In this document: positions 13,388-28,397 of the stretch, one piece after another
Layout of the letters: each line of letters begins with the position of its first letter
Position numbering within the stretch: position 1 is the stretch's first letter
Origin: the human T2T-CHM13v2.0 reference genome, Homo sapiens
DNA: 64,000 bases
Strand: one strand, 5' to 3'
Assembly (NCBI RefSeq): GCF_009914755.1
Contig: NC_060934.1
Notes under the pieces: generated by a model
The model's input: the letters and a program-made list of their open reading frames with translations, nothing else
Databases searched by the model: none
Told to the model about the DNA's origin: nothing
Made by a program: the position numbers and the translations under genes

Positions 13388-16022
13388 TGACCCATAATTA
13401 AAATAATAACCAATCACTCAAAATCATCCCCAAAGTGACTTTGATAATAGAATAGTAGATTAGCTCATTAAGTTGAAGTCGTTTTGTAACTGCATTTTAT
13501 AAGTTCAACAGCCTAGAGAAAGCATTGAGCATATGGAAACCTGGAAGAGATAAAATGTTGCCAACCCTACCCTAATGGGTAAGGAAAACCACTCTCTATA
13601 TCCCAGTTCTATCAATGGTGAAGAATTCTACTCTAGAAAGAAACTTGAGATAGTATTTTGTCATGTCCTTGGAGTCTTTATTTTTTCAAAACAAAAGCAT
13701 ATCTTTAAACAATATCTTTATGGAAATAGCTTTAGCTGATTGTCAGATCTTTTTACAAACTCATAAGCCTTCAATTCAAAATGTGTAATATATGCATAGT
13801 TGTATTAGAAAAAGAAGAAAGAGAGAAAAACACAGAGAAACTATCTGAAGTACTAATGGTAGAGTATTGTCAACAATTAATGACAGGAACTAAACCACAA
13901 ATCCAGGACAGAGAACAACAAGCAGTGTAAGTCCCGAAATAAGGATACCTACTTCTCACATCAAAACTGCAGAAAGCAAGAGACAAAAGTGAAGTCTAGA
14001 AGGAAATTGGGGTGGAGATAGGGATAGGGAGATACCTTCACTAAAAATGAGCAAAGATAAGAAGTACAGCAAACTTCTCATTGGAAGACATGGAATCAAA
14101 AAGACAGTGCAGTGAAACATTTAAAGTGAACAAAAAATAACCCATCAGCCTTGAATTCTACCTTGAGCAAAATCATCTCATGAAAGAGAAGAAAAATACA
14201 CTTTCCAAGGCAAACAAAAATAAGAGAACTCAGTTTCACCATCAGACCTCTTTCACAAAAAATGTTAAAAGCAGTTTTCCAGGCAGAAAATAAATATAAA
14301 ATAGGTCAGAAATTCCAATCTTTATAACAAAGAAAATACTTCAAAGAAAGAATAAGTAAAAGTAAAATAAAATATTTATTTTTCCACTTATAATTGACTA
14401 AAAGAAAATGGTATAAATATAAAAATAATGGTGTATTGTAACATAAATATGCGAAATGAGTGACAGCAATGTCATAAAAGGGAAGAGGGAGGACAGGAGA
14501 ATGCTTACAAAGTCCCTGCACTACGCAGGAAGTGATATGACGCTACTTGAAACATGACTTACATTAATTAAAGAATCTATACTGGAAAATTTAGGGTAAC
14601 TGGCAAAAATTAAAAAGAAATATAATTGATATGCTGAGAGGAGATAAAATGAAATCATATAAAATGCTCAATAATAACCAGAAAAGACAGGAAAGGGGGG
14701 AGCACAGAACACAGGCAATGAATAGGAAAGAGTTACTAATATGGCTGATATCGACCTACCTACAGCAACTGTCACCTTCAGTGTGAATAGTTTAAATACA
14801 GCAATTAAAAGAATGATCAGAAGAAATAAAAAGACCAAAACCTAACTCTATGTTATCTAGAGGAAACCCATTGAAAATACACAGGCTCAGACAGGGTAAA
14901 GAAGAGGGAAAGAAGAAGATACAGCAGGCAAACACCAGTCAAAGAAAGGTGGCAAAGCTGCATTAATTTTAGACGAAAAAAAAAAAAAAAACTTCAGAAC
15001 AAGGAAGATTAAAAGAAATAAATGAGGACATAACAGAATGATAAGAAAGTCAATGCTTCAGGAAAGGCAGAGCTCACATCTTAAGGGTGAGGGATGGATG
15101 CTTCACCAACAGGACCAGGAACAAAGCTGTGATGTCTTCATTCACCACTCACATCCAGCAGGTACCAGAAGAACCAGCCAATTAAGAGAAAAGGAAACGA
15201 GAAGACAAGAGAGGAGAAGGAAAATAAACAGATTCAAAAGGAAGAAATAAAACTGTCTTCATTGTAAATGACAAAATTGATTATGGAGAAAATCCCAAAC
15301 ACTGTCCCCAAAACTCTTGGGACTAGTAAGTGAGCAGTGAGGTCATGGGATAAAAAGTTAATATACAAAAGCCAAGTGCCTACCTGTATACCAGCAGTAA
15401 GTCATTAGAATTTAAAATGTAAAAACTTACGATAGCACCAAAAGATAAATATTTACATATGAATCTAATGACTATGCACAGATCTGTATGTGGAAAACCA
15501 CAGAACTCTGATAAAAGATTGAAAAATAATCCCTAAATAACTAGAGAGGTATTCCACGTTCATGGATTGTAAAGATTCTATACTATTATCAAATCTCCCC
15601 AATCTGATCTACAGAGTCAGCCCAATCTCAGCCTAAATCCCAGCATGGTATTTCATAGATATCAAGAAACTGATTCTAAAGTATATATGGAAGGCAAAAG
15701 ACCTGGAGTAGCCACAAGATTCTGAAGCAGAACAAATTCCAAGACCATCACTACCACACTTCAACACTTTGTATGAAGCTACCATAATCAAATCAGCACC
15801 ATATTGGACATAGATCTATGGGACAGAACAGAGAACCCAGAAGCAGAGCCACACAAAGGTAGTCTACTGATTATTCAAAAAAGGAGCCAAGCAATTTAGT
15901 TGAGAAAATGCAGTGTTTAAGCAAATGGTCCTAGAACATTCCGGCATCCAAAAGAGGAGAAATGACCTCAATTAAACACAGACCTTATGCTTTCCACAGA
16001 AATTAACTTAAAATGAAACCGA

Positions 16023-16334
16023 GGCCTAGCACAGTGGCTCACGCCTATAATCCAAACACTTTGGGAGCCTGAGGCGGGTGGATAACTTAAAGTCAGGAGT
16101 CCGAGACCAGCCTGGCCAACATGGTGAAACCACTGTTTCTACTAAAAATACGAAAATTAGCCAGCCATGGTGGTGCATGCTTGTAATCCCAGCTACTTGA
16201 GAGGCTGAGGTGGGAGGAATGCTTGAACCTGGGAGGCAGATGTTGCTGTGAGCCAAGATTGCCCCAGTGCACTCTAGCCAGGGTGACAGAGCAAGATTCT
16301 GTATCATAAATAAATAAATAAATAAATAAATAAA
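16023..16334 (+). mobile_element. AluS/J, full length, (TAAA)n tail
   Basis: Dimeric Alu with A-rich linker ctactaaaaatacgaaaattagcc. Confidence 0.95.
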
Positions 16335-17299
16335 GGAACTTAGATGGGAATGTGCAAGGAACAATTATAAAACTACTAGAAGAAAACATAGGAGAAAAAT
16401 TAGGTGCTGTTGGATTTGGTGATGCATTTTTAGATACAACACCAAAAGCACAATTCATCAAAGTAAAAATTAAAAATTTTTGTTTTTTGAAAGATACTGT
16501 TAAGAGAATAAAAAGACAAATCAAAGACTGGGAAAATATTTGAAAACACATTTATATCTGCTAAAGTACTTATTTCTAAAATACACAAAAATTATTTAAA
16601 CCAGTAAGAAAACGACTCAATGAAAAAATGGACAATAGTTCTAAACAAGCACCTCACTGAAGAAAATACACTAATGGCAAATAAATATATGAAAAGATGT
16701 CCAACATCATTTGTCATCTGGGAATTGCACATTAAAATAACAATGGAATACTACAATGTACAGGATGACTAAAATCCTCAAAGCTGGCAATAACTAAAGC
16801 TGGAAATCCTATGAAACAATAGGGATTCTCATTCACTGCAGCTGAGATTGGAAGTGTTACAGCTACTTTGGAAGACAGCTTCACAAATTTGTTACAAAGC
16901 TAAATATAGTCTTCTCTTAGAACCCAGCAACTGTGTCCCTAGGTATTTACCCAACTGATTTGAAAACTTCTGTTCGTGAAAAACATTATTTTTAGCAGCT
17001 TCATTCATTATCTCCACAAACTGGAAGCAATCAAGATGTTCTTAAATTAGTGAATAAATAAACACATTATAGTATATCAATGCAATGAATAGTATTCAAT
17101 AATAAAAGTATTATTAGATATCTGGCCAAAAAAATATGAATGACTCTTCAGTGCATATTGCTAGATGAAAAGCAGCCTAATAAGGCCATATACTGTGTGA
17201 CTCCAGTTAGATAACCTTTTGGCAGAACTATGAAGATGGAAAAGGAAGGCCTATGGAGTCAGTAAATGTGGGCTGAGCATAATCCTTTCCTCCCAGAAT

Positions 17300-17930
17300 A
17301 CAGTAGAAAAGTTAAAAAAAAAAGGAACTTTACATAGGAGAAACCCAACAAGTACCATCTCAGCCAGGTGCTGACGTTTGACGTCAAAAATGGCAAAGTT
17401 GTGATGATGGCATGTACACGCAATATGGTTTCATGAAAATGGCACTTTACTTCTGTAGTTTTGCTCCCAGGCATTCCTGACCCTGTCGAGTCATGAGGAA
17501 AAACCTCAGATAAATCCCAACTGAAGCATATTCCACAAAAGTCCTGACCAGTACTCCCTCCCCGAAACTGACAATGTCATGAAAAATAAAGAGTCTGGAA
17601 AACTGTCATGGCCAAGAAGAGCCTAGGGAGACACAAGGATTAAATGTAATGTGGATTAAATGGATCCTGCTTATGAGATTGTGGGAAAGGGACAGGACTC
17701 CCCATAAAAAATAGGTAAACCTGATTAAAGGGTAGGCTTTAGTTAATTAATAAAAATCAACCTTGGTCTATTCATCAGAACAAATGTACCACATGAAGTT
17801 AAGTTATTATTAATAGGGGAAGCTGAGTGTGTAATATAGGGGAAGTCTCTGTATTGTCTGTACTTTTTCTGCAAATTTAAAACTTTTATAATTTTAAAAT
17901 CTTTATTTAAATTTTTTAATTAAAAAAACA
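17300..17930 (+). mobile_element. L1MC3/L1MC4-type 3' UTR
   Basis: ctcagccaggtg, gaaaatggcacttta, cctgaccagtactcc, gagcctagggagac, ttttctgcaaatttaaaac and A-rich end. Confidence 0.75.
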
Positions 17931-18239
17931 ACTACAGAGCAAAACAGATTCAGGATTATCTAATTTCCTTGGTAAAACCTGGAGTATCAAAATACACATT
18001 TTGATTCAGTTGTAAAATATTTCTTCTGTTTTATAAAATAACTTACACCATCTGCTAAGTTCCAAAGTGCTTAAGAATGCAGACTAAATCTTACCACATC
18101 TAAACACTGTAATTGCCCCAAAGTTTGGAAATATAACACCTCTATGAATAACTTGCCTCTTAATTGGCTGATGAACATTTATTTTGTCACTGAATGTTTA
18201 TTTTTATATGTGACATATGATGACTTTATCCACACGTCA

Positions 18240-18760
<521 letters not shown>

Positions 18761-19310
18761 ATAATTGAAAATTTGAATTTTAAATATTACGATTAATATT
18801 AAACATTCAATTTAATCTGGGGAAAAATCTGATCCTCTTCTCTGTTTGTGTACCCTCCCCTTGAGCTTCTGTGATATTGGTCGGGATCACAGATAAGTGA
18901 AGAACTGATGTCAGAATGGTAGGTCAGTTATATTTCAAAGAAGACACTGCTAGCTGGAGAAAAGCGTAGTTCCAGAAAGTAGGAAGTGGGTGCAGCATCC
19001 AAGGGCATGGAGGGGGAACTCAGGGGATAGAGAGAGAGGGGGCAAAGAGGAGAAATCTGCAGCTCATTGGGAAGCACCCCTCATTCATCAGAGAGAACGA
19101 TGAATCACTGAGCAGACTTTTCTCTAGGAAGCACAGTTCTACCTTCTGGAAGTAGCCATGGTTTTGTTTGTTTGTTTCCTGTGTTGTGGCTCAGGGAATC
19201 AGAGATTCTTATTTAATAATAATAATTTTAAAAAGCTTTCAGGATTTGGCACAATTTCTGGTTAAATTAGCTAGAAAAAGGAAATACCGAAGAACAGGCG
19301 CCTGCTCATT

Positions 19311-19670
19311 CCCGGCATGCTGTGCGTCTCCTCCGGAAGGACTGGGCGTGCCCGGCGTGCTGTGCGTCTCCTCCGGAAGGACTGGGCGTGCCCGGCGTGC
19401 TGTGCGCCCCCTCGGGAGGGACTGGGCGTGCCCGGCGTGCTGTGCGTCCCCTCCGGAAGGACTGGGCGTGCCCGGCGTGCTGTGCGTCTCCTCCGGAAGG
19501 ACTGGGCGTGCCCGGCGTGCTGTGCGTCTCCTCCGGAAGGACTGGGCGTGCCCGGCGTGCTGTGCGTCCCCTCCGGAAGGTCTGGGCGTGCCCGGCGTGC
19601 TGTGCGCCCCCTCGGGAGGGACTGGGCGTGCCCGGCGTGCTGTGCGTCCCCTCCGGAAGGACTGGGCGTG
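19311..19670. repeat. GC-rich minisatellite (VNTR), 9 x 40 bp
   Basis: Unit cccggcgtgctgtgcgtctcctccggaaggactgggcgtg starting at 19311, 19351 ... 19631; about 72% GC; 44 CpG. Confidence 0.98.
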
Positions 19671-19757
19671 CAGTCTGTAGAGTCCGTCCACACGAGGAAG
19701 ACTCCCATCCACACCTTCCAGGTGGACCACCTGCTACATGGAGTTAGAAGCCACGAA

Positions 19758-19778
19758 TCACGTGACTGCCCGCCCAAT
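19758..19778. promoter_or_regulatory. Candidate promoter motif cluster: E-box TCACGTGA, GC box CCCGCCC, CCAAT
   Basis: atcacgtgactgcccgcccaatcg about 90 bp downstream of the CpG-rich VNTR; motif evidence only. Confidence 0.35.
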
Positions 19779-20286
19779 CGTGACCCATCACAGGCTCTGT
19801 GCACAAGGCGAGTGGTATTGAATGAAGCTCACCTCATTTCATTCTTGTGCATACATATAAGGCCAGGAGTGAGTTGACTAGACAGATGTGTTGATTGTAA
19901 GCCATCCACAATTCCTAGGAAGAGATATTTTGCATGCATACATGTGCTTATTACTTATCGACAGTGGGACCGTGGTCCCCACAGAGACTCCTTGGTGGTG
20001 AGTGGTCTACTGCTCACTCAGCAGACACCAATGCCACGTGCAAAACAGCCTCTGATCAATTCACTGGCTTTATTTAACACGCATCAGAAAGCCTGGGGCC
20101 TAATTGTGCTGCTCCCAGGCAAGCGTGTCTTTGGTGGCCATTTTTCTAACTGAGGAAATAAAAAGACATTTTTTTTTCTCCTCCCACAGAATTCGTCTAA
20201 GGTTTCCAAAAGAAGCATCAGCCCCAGTCAGAGAAACCCCAATGTCCCAGTCCCTCGTAGGAAGGCAGTGTGTGTGTGCCCCTTAA

Positions 20287-20977
20287 GGAGACCACCATTG
20301 CAAAATTATGACAGAAACAGTGAAAGAGCTCTAACTTAGCTTACTCCGTCTTGCTTCTTACCTCCAAGCTGTCCTCGTTCCTTCCTGGGTATAGGCTGAA
20401 CTAACTTTGGGAGGAACTTAGTTTATAGTTTAAAACAAAGACAATAATAGCCCTTTCCCAAAGCAAACCTCCTTCTTGCCTGGGGACTAGACCGCTTTTG
20501 TAGGACCTACAAATTAGCCGCAAGATTAGTAATTATGGTTTAGGCGTCATGTAGCTGGAGGCTACAAGATTCTGACCCTCCCTAAAGCGCTGCTAAGATC
20601 CGTGCTTGAGGTATTTTACAGACCCTGCACTTGATGGATCAGCTGGCACCACCCAGACCTGCAAGCTGGCTCATCCGTTGTGGCCCCCACCCAGGAACTG
20701 ACTCTGCACGAGAAAACAGCTTCGGATCCCTATGATTTCATCTCTGACCAAACCAATCAGCACTCTCAACTCACTGGCCTTCCCCGCCCACCAAATTATC
20801 CTTTACAACTCTGATCCCCGAATCCAGATCAGGGAATCTGATCTGAGTCATAATAAAACTCCAGTTTCCCACACAGCTGGCTGTGCATGAACTACTCTTT
20901 CTCTATTGCAATTTCCCTGTCTTGATAAATTGGCTGAGTCCAGGCAACCGGCAAGGTGAACCCACTGGGCGGCTACA
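20287..20977 (+). mobile_element. LTR8 (ERV1) solo LTR, full length
   Basis: tgcaaaattatgac..acagtgaaagag, aggctgaactaactttgggaggaacttagtttatag, end gggcggctaca; AATAAA at 20852; 4-bp TSD ttaa/ttac. Confidence 0.9.
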
Positions 20978-21307
20978 TTACCACGGCTCAAGGCGTTGTG
21001 CTTGGAGCCTACGTCCATGGAAGAGGAGGACTCCGTCATGGAATTGTGAATCATGTCATTTTCTGGATCAACAGAGGGTCACACTGACTACGCAGCCCTA
21101 TTTTTCCTGGCTTTCTGTCTGTATTGCTGTCTTATCAGTTTTATTTTGTTTTGTTCTGTTTTACTTTGTATTATTGTTATTTGTATTACAAGAACTTTTC
21201 TAATTAGAAAGTAAATTCAATTAAGGATACTCAATGATTTTCTGTATGTCTCAAATAGCTGGCACAGTTCTTTATAAACCACAAATGGCAAATAAATATA
21301 AATATTC

Positions 21308-21617
<310 letters not shown>

Positions 21618-22240
21618 AAATAGTCTTATTTATAAATTGAGTACAAATGACTGCAACCAAGTATAGCTGTTTCATGGTTAAGATCCCAGAGATGAAAATA
21701 ACTCAAAATTGAAACTCTTTTAATCAAAGGCATTGAAAGGATAAGGGAGAAAAGCAAATTCCTCACAAATGACCTCCTAAGTGGTCATGAATGAGCCTAT
21801 GCTGTGACTTGCACCACAGCTATTCCTACAATACATGTCCTCTTTCTCCTGGGCAGTTGGACACGTGCAAAATAGTGCTGGTGGGCGGGTTCGAGTTCAC
21901 TCAGTAGGAGCAAGCTCGGAAAAGGCAAAGCTCTGACATTTGCTTTGCTTAGACAGCGAGATCTTGTCGCCCCAGACCCCTCCGTTAGTTCCTTTCTCGT
22001 AGAAAGAATGGGCTGTGCAGCTGCTCAGGAGCTCATCCTGTCCAGGCTGAAGGCAGCAACGGTGCACGTGCGGGCTCCAGGCTTTCAGCCATCAACATTG
22101 CTAAGGCGCATTTTTGATCAGTGAGACCTGTCATGCTTTTAATACCGCTGGGCAATGCTGGGTTATGCAGGTAGCGACCTGCTGAGTGCTGCAAAGAGTT
22201 TATGCTTTGGGTCATTGTTCCAAGAGTGAAGTTAGAAAAC

Positions 22241-22380
22241 AGGAGCTGTGCAAAGGATGCTGCAAGGATCAGCCGTCCATGCAACCCCAGTCATGGGAGC
22301 TTGAGGCACAAGGAGGAGGACACAGGACGCTTCGAGGATCAGCCGTCCATGCAACCCCAGTCACGGGAGCTTGAGGCACA
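22241..22380. repeat. Two-copy tandem duplication, 70-bp unit
   Basis: 46-bp block aggatcagccgtccatgcaaccccagtcaYgggagcttgaggcaca at 22265 and 22335 (1 mismatch); preceding 24 bp partly similar. Confidence 0.9.
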
Positions 22381-22784
22381 GGGGGGACCTTCCATTTGCT
22401 GTGAGTCGCTTGGAGAGAAGGAACAGGGACTCACGTTAGGGGTGAGGGCGTTTGCCCAGGGGTGTCTGTGAGGAGGTGACCTTGTCAAGGAGCAGCTGCT
22501 TTTCTCAGCCGCCAACTCCTCATGGCATCTTCCCTCCTGCGGGGAGATGTTTGCCAATGGACAAACTCCACATTGCTCTCTCCCACTTCCTGCTCAGAGT
22601 AGGCAGGGTCCATAGAGCTTGTTATTAACCAGGAAACTGTATTTTCTCTCTTCTTACTCTAAGTAATTGAAAGAATGACCACGCAGAGAAGAGATGTCTC
22701 TAAAATTCACTTCAATAGTGCTCAGTTCAAACTAAATTCACTTCAAACTCTTCCAGGCACAGACATTTAAAGTCATTTTTATTG

Positions 22785-23030
22785 AGGCGTGATTTGGGGT
22801 GTCCTGATAAGAAGAGGAGCTGAGGACACAGACATGTCCAGCGGGACCTTGGGAGGACATAGAGGGAAGACGCCTTCTGCAAACCACTGAGAGAGGCCTC
22901 GAGGAACCAGCCCTGGCCGACACCTTGATATGGGACTTCCAGCCTCCAGGACGGTGAGGAAACACGTTTCTGTTGTTTGAGCCACCCAGACTCTCGTGTT
23001 TTTTTATGGTACCCTTAGGCAATCAATACG
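22785..23030 (+). mobile_element. MLT1A-like ERVL-MaLR LTR, 3' part
   Basis: gtgtcctgataagaagagga...gacaccttgat..gacttccagcctccag...tgtttgagccaccca. Confidence 0.8.
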
Positions 23031-23117
23031 GCATAGTTTAAAAAGGTAAATGGTATCAAGATGTATATAACACAAAGGCAAGTACCCAACCCTCCTCTGT
23101 CACCCCTCAGACGATGC

Positions 23118-23156
23118 TAGTGCTGGGATTACAGGCATGAGCCACTGCGCTTGGCC
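23118..23156 (-). mobile_element. Alu 5'-end fragment (~40 bp)
   Basis: agtgctgggattacaggcatgagccactgcgcttggcc. Confidence 0.8.
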
Positions 23157-24789
23157 CTGGAATTTACCTTTATGTATCATTTCCTCTATCAATTACTCAT
23201 TAATAAACCTTTTCTATTGCTATTTATATGATGCAAAAGGGAGACTTACAGTATCTCACTCCCTGCTTCTTAACCTCAATCACGTTAACATAGTGTGAGG
23301 TCACCTCAGTCTAATCACTTCTCATTTGATCGGATACTGACAATTTAACTATGGATTTCTCTCGCCCAAGCAGCACACTGCGCACCCTTGGTTTTTAAAT
23401 GAGCAATAATGTAAGGCTTAAATATTGTATGATATTTTTATTTATTGCAATCGTTTTTTCTTAGAAGAGTGAGCAAAGTGAAAACCAAGAGATATATTTT
23501 GTTGCTTTTGCACCTATTTCAATTTCAGATAATTAACTTTTGTGCTATTAAATATCATTCTTCCAAGTAGCAGTTTCATTCTGTTTTGAATGAAATAGAG
23601 CTGGATCTTAGAATAACAGAGATGTTCTTAGAATAATATAGATGGATCTACATCTTACCCATTAAGCCCTCATTCTGCAGGTAAAACACTTAGTCCAAAC
23701 AGATGCAGGGACCTGCCAATGGGATATAAACGTAACATCCATGCTTGAGAATGGATTCTTTCACTCTCATCCCTTTGCACAGAAGACTCCAGGCAGAAAA
23801 ATTATACAGACCACATTTATTCTACTTCTTCCATTGTTCCAAAAGTTGATACTTGGGATCCATTGAGGTGAGTTTATTTTCCTTACACAGAAATAGATTG
23901 CATGCATGCACTTGGCAAAACCTGTAGGTTTCACTTCAGAAACATTAAGTTCCAAAAAGGCTACATCAGCCCCTGCTTTACCCCTGAGTTCCGTGCACTA
24001 CCTGCTCGTGTCTCCAAATACGGCAACAGGTGCTTTCCTCTTTGAGATATGATGTATTAAATATAAAACTTTAGATACAAATACAGCCAGTGACACGGTA
24101 TTTTATATATTAAGATTTATTTCCTTAACCCTATTACAATGTCAACATTGCAAGTTTCCAGCCTCTTTTAGCGTAAAGGTTAACCATCTCCCAGGGGAGT
24201 TGACACAAGGTTGTTCCCTATGTCCATTAAGACTTATTTTCTCAATTTAAGCACTTATTAAATTTCCTGAGCTTTCATTACTTTTTAATGAAAAATCTTT
24301 GGGAATGCAGTTTAAACTCCCTCCCCCCACCACACACACACACACACACACACGTAGGTGGTTTAGTGTCTAGTGGGAGAATGTCATTCAGTGAGGGATT
24401 TTTTGGAGAAATACACATTAGGACCCTGTTTGGAGAGTTGATTGTTCTAAGGCAGGGAACAGAGACTTCCTCTGCTGAAGAGGAGAGGTGGGCAATGTGA
24501 TGGCTTGCGTTAAGCTGGGAGACCTGGGGCTTCACAGTCCTGTTCTTCCTCATAATTCGTCCCACCAAACATTTCTTGAAACCCCTTTACCCACCCTGTG
24601 TGCTCTTATCTAACCTTCACTGGACCTTCATTCTCACCTCTGCTCAGCTTTTTATTTTGGGAGTGGGAGGGGCCAGGTATGTTTGCTTTCTTCTTCCTCT
24701 CCATTTCCTCTTTCTTTTTCTGTATACATTTCTTGAATTTCATTATCCTTGGATAGGCTGCATAATAGAGATGTTTCTGCAAAAATACA

Positions 24790-25171
<382 letters not shown>

Positions 25172-25358
25172 TAAGGAAGAGAGGAAGGGGAGACAAATTT
25201 AAATCAGTTAAAATCTCTCACTTAAAAATTTCAGAAAAAAATTAATTCTCTCAATTTATGTGAATTTAAAGATGCTGGACTTGGTTTATCAAATTAGACA
25301 TAGGTATGATACATGTACAAATAAGCACTACTTGGTAGGTTGACGGAAAAAAAGATGA

Positions 25359-25704
<346 letters not shown>

Positions 25705-26364
25705 TGCTTCATGCCTTAATTTCAATATCGGCCCTACAGTTTCCTTGGCCAATAATTTTCTCCTACATAGTAGGAAATTTATGACTGTGTTTTCCTCTTA
25801 ATAAAAGTAAGATCTTAATTTTTATTTCCAACATGTGGGTTTTTACGGAATAGAATTTATGAAATGCAAAACATAATTGATTATAAGTGCATTAGATCCT
25901 AATGCCATTTCAACAAGCAAAGTGTGGAAACCTGTGCAGATTGTTTTGTAAGTACAGGCTCACCCTGTAGCTATTGCAGGATCACCACCACACCACGCAC
26001 GTGGCAGTAAAGAGAGCCATGAAATTGATTGGCTTCCAGTGTGTATAAAAGGTATATTTACTTATACAGTAGCCTATAAAGTATGTAATAGCATTATGTC
26101 TAAAAAACAATATGCATACCTTAATCAAAAAATAATTTATTGCCAAAAAATGCTAAGAATGATCTAAGCCTTCAATAAGTCATCATTGTAATCTTGCCAG
26201 GAGGGAATCTTGTCTCAGTGTTGATGGCTGCTGACTGATTGGGGTGGTGGTTGCTGAAGATTGTGGTTGCTGTGAAAATATCTTAAAATAAGACAACAAT
26301 GAAATTGGCCTCATTGATGAACTCTTCTCTTCATGAAATATTTCTTTGTAGCATGTGATGCTTT

Positions 26365-27271
<907 letters not shown>

Positions 27272-27969
27272 CTATTTAATAGCATTTTAACCACAGTAGA
27301 ACTTCTTTCAGAAGCAGAGTCAATCCTCTCCAATCCTGCCACCACTTTATTAGCTAAGTTAATGCAATATTTAAATTCTTTGTTGACATTTCAACACTGT
27401 TCACAACATCTTCACCAGGAATATATTCCATCTCAAAAAACAAACAAACAAAAAAAATTTGTGATTATTCATAAGAAGCAACTCATCTGTTTTATCATGT
27501 TTTATCAAGTTTTATCATGAGATTACAGCAATTCAGTCATATCTTTAGGCTCTACTTCTAATTATACTTCTCTTTCTATTTCCACTGCATGGGCAGTTAC
27601 TTTCTCCACTGAAGTCTTGAACCCCTTAAAGTCATATTTCTTCCAAACTCATGTTAATGTTGATATTTTTACCTCTTCCCATGAATTACAAATATTCTTA
27701 ATGGCATCTAAAACGGTGAATCATTTCCAGAAGCTTTCCAATTTGCTTTATACTGATCCATCAGAGGAATCACTATTTATAGAACTATAGCCTTATAAAA
27801 TGTATCTTTTAAATAATAAGAGTTGGAAATGAAAATTACTCCTTGATCCCTGGGCTGCAAAAGGGATGTTGTGTTAGCAGGCATGAAAACGACATTCATC
27901 TTGGAGCTCTTGGGTGAACAGGTGCATTGTCAGCAGACAGTCATATTTTTAAAGGACTCTCTTTTTTGA

Positions 27970-28397
<428 letters not shown>

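Noticed and set aside
17372-17386. Full CRE TGACGTCA plus half site
   Set aside because: Isolated motif in an old L1 3' UTR with no supporting context; expected by chance.
19311-19670. CRISPR-like array
   Set aside because: Head-to-tail units with no unique spacers, no cas genes, primate context.
19168-19877. Five overlapping 141-186-aa Cys/Arg- or His/Ala-rich ORFs with a 40-aa repeat
   Set aside because: The 40-bp unit has no stop codon on either strand, so all frames are open by composition; the 40-aa period is simply three units. No protein family resemblance.
21870-21905. GGTTCGAGTTC resembling a tRNA T-loop/Pol III B box
   Set aside because: No cloverleaf, acceptor stem or properly spaced A box.
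22265-22380. Repeat-spacer-repeat resembling a mini CRISPR
   Set aside because: Only two copies, and the spacer resembles the sequence before copy 1, so it is a tandem duplication.
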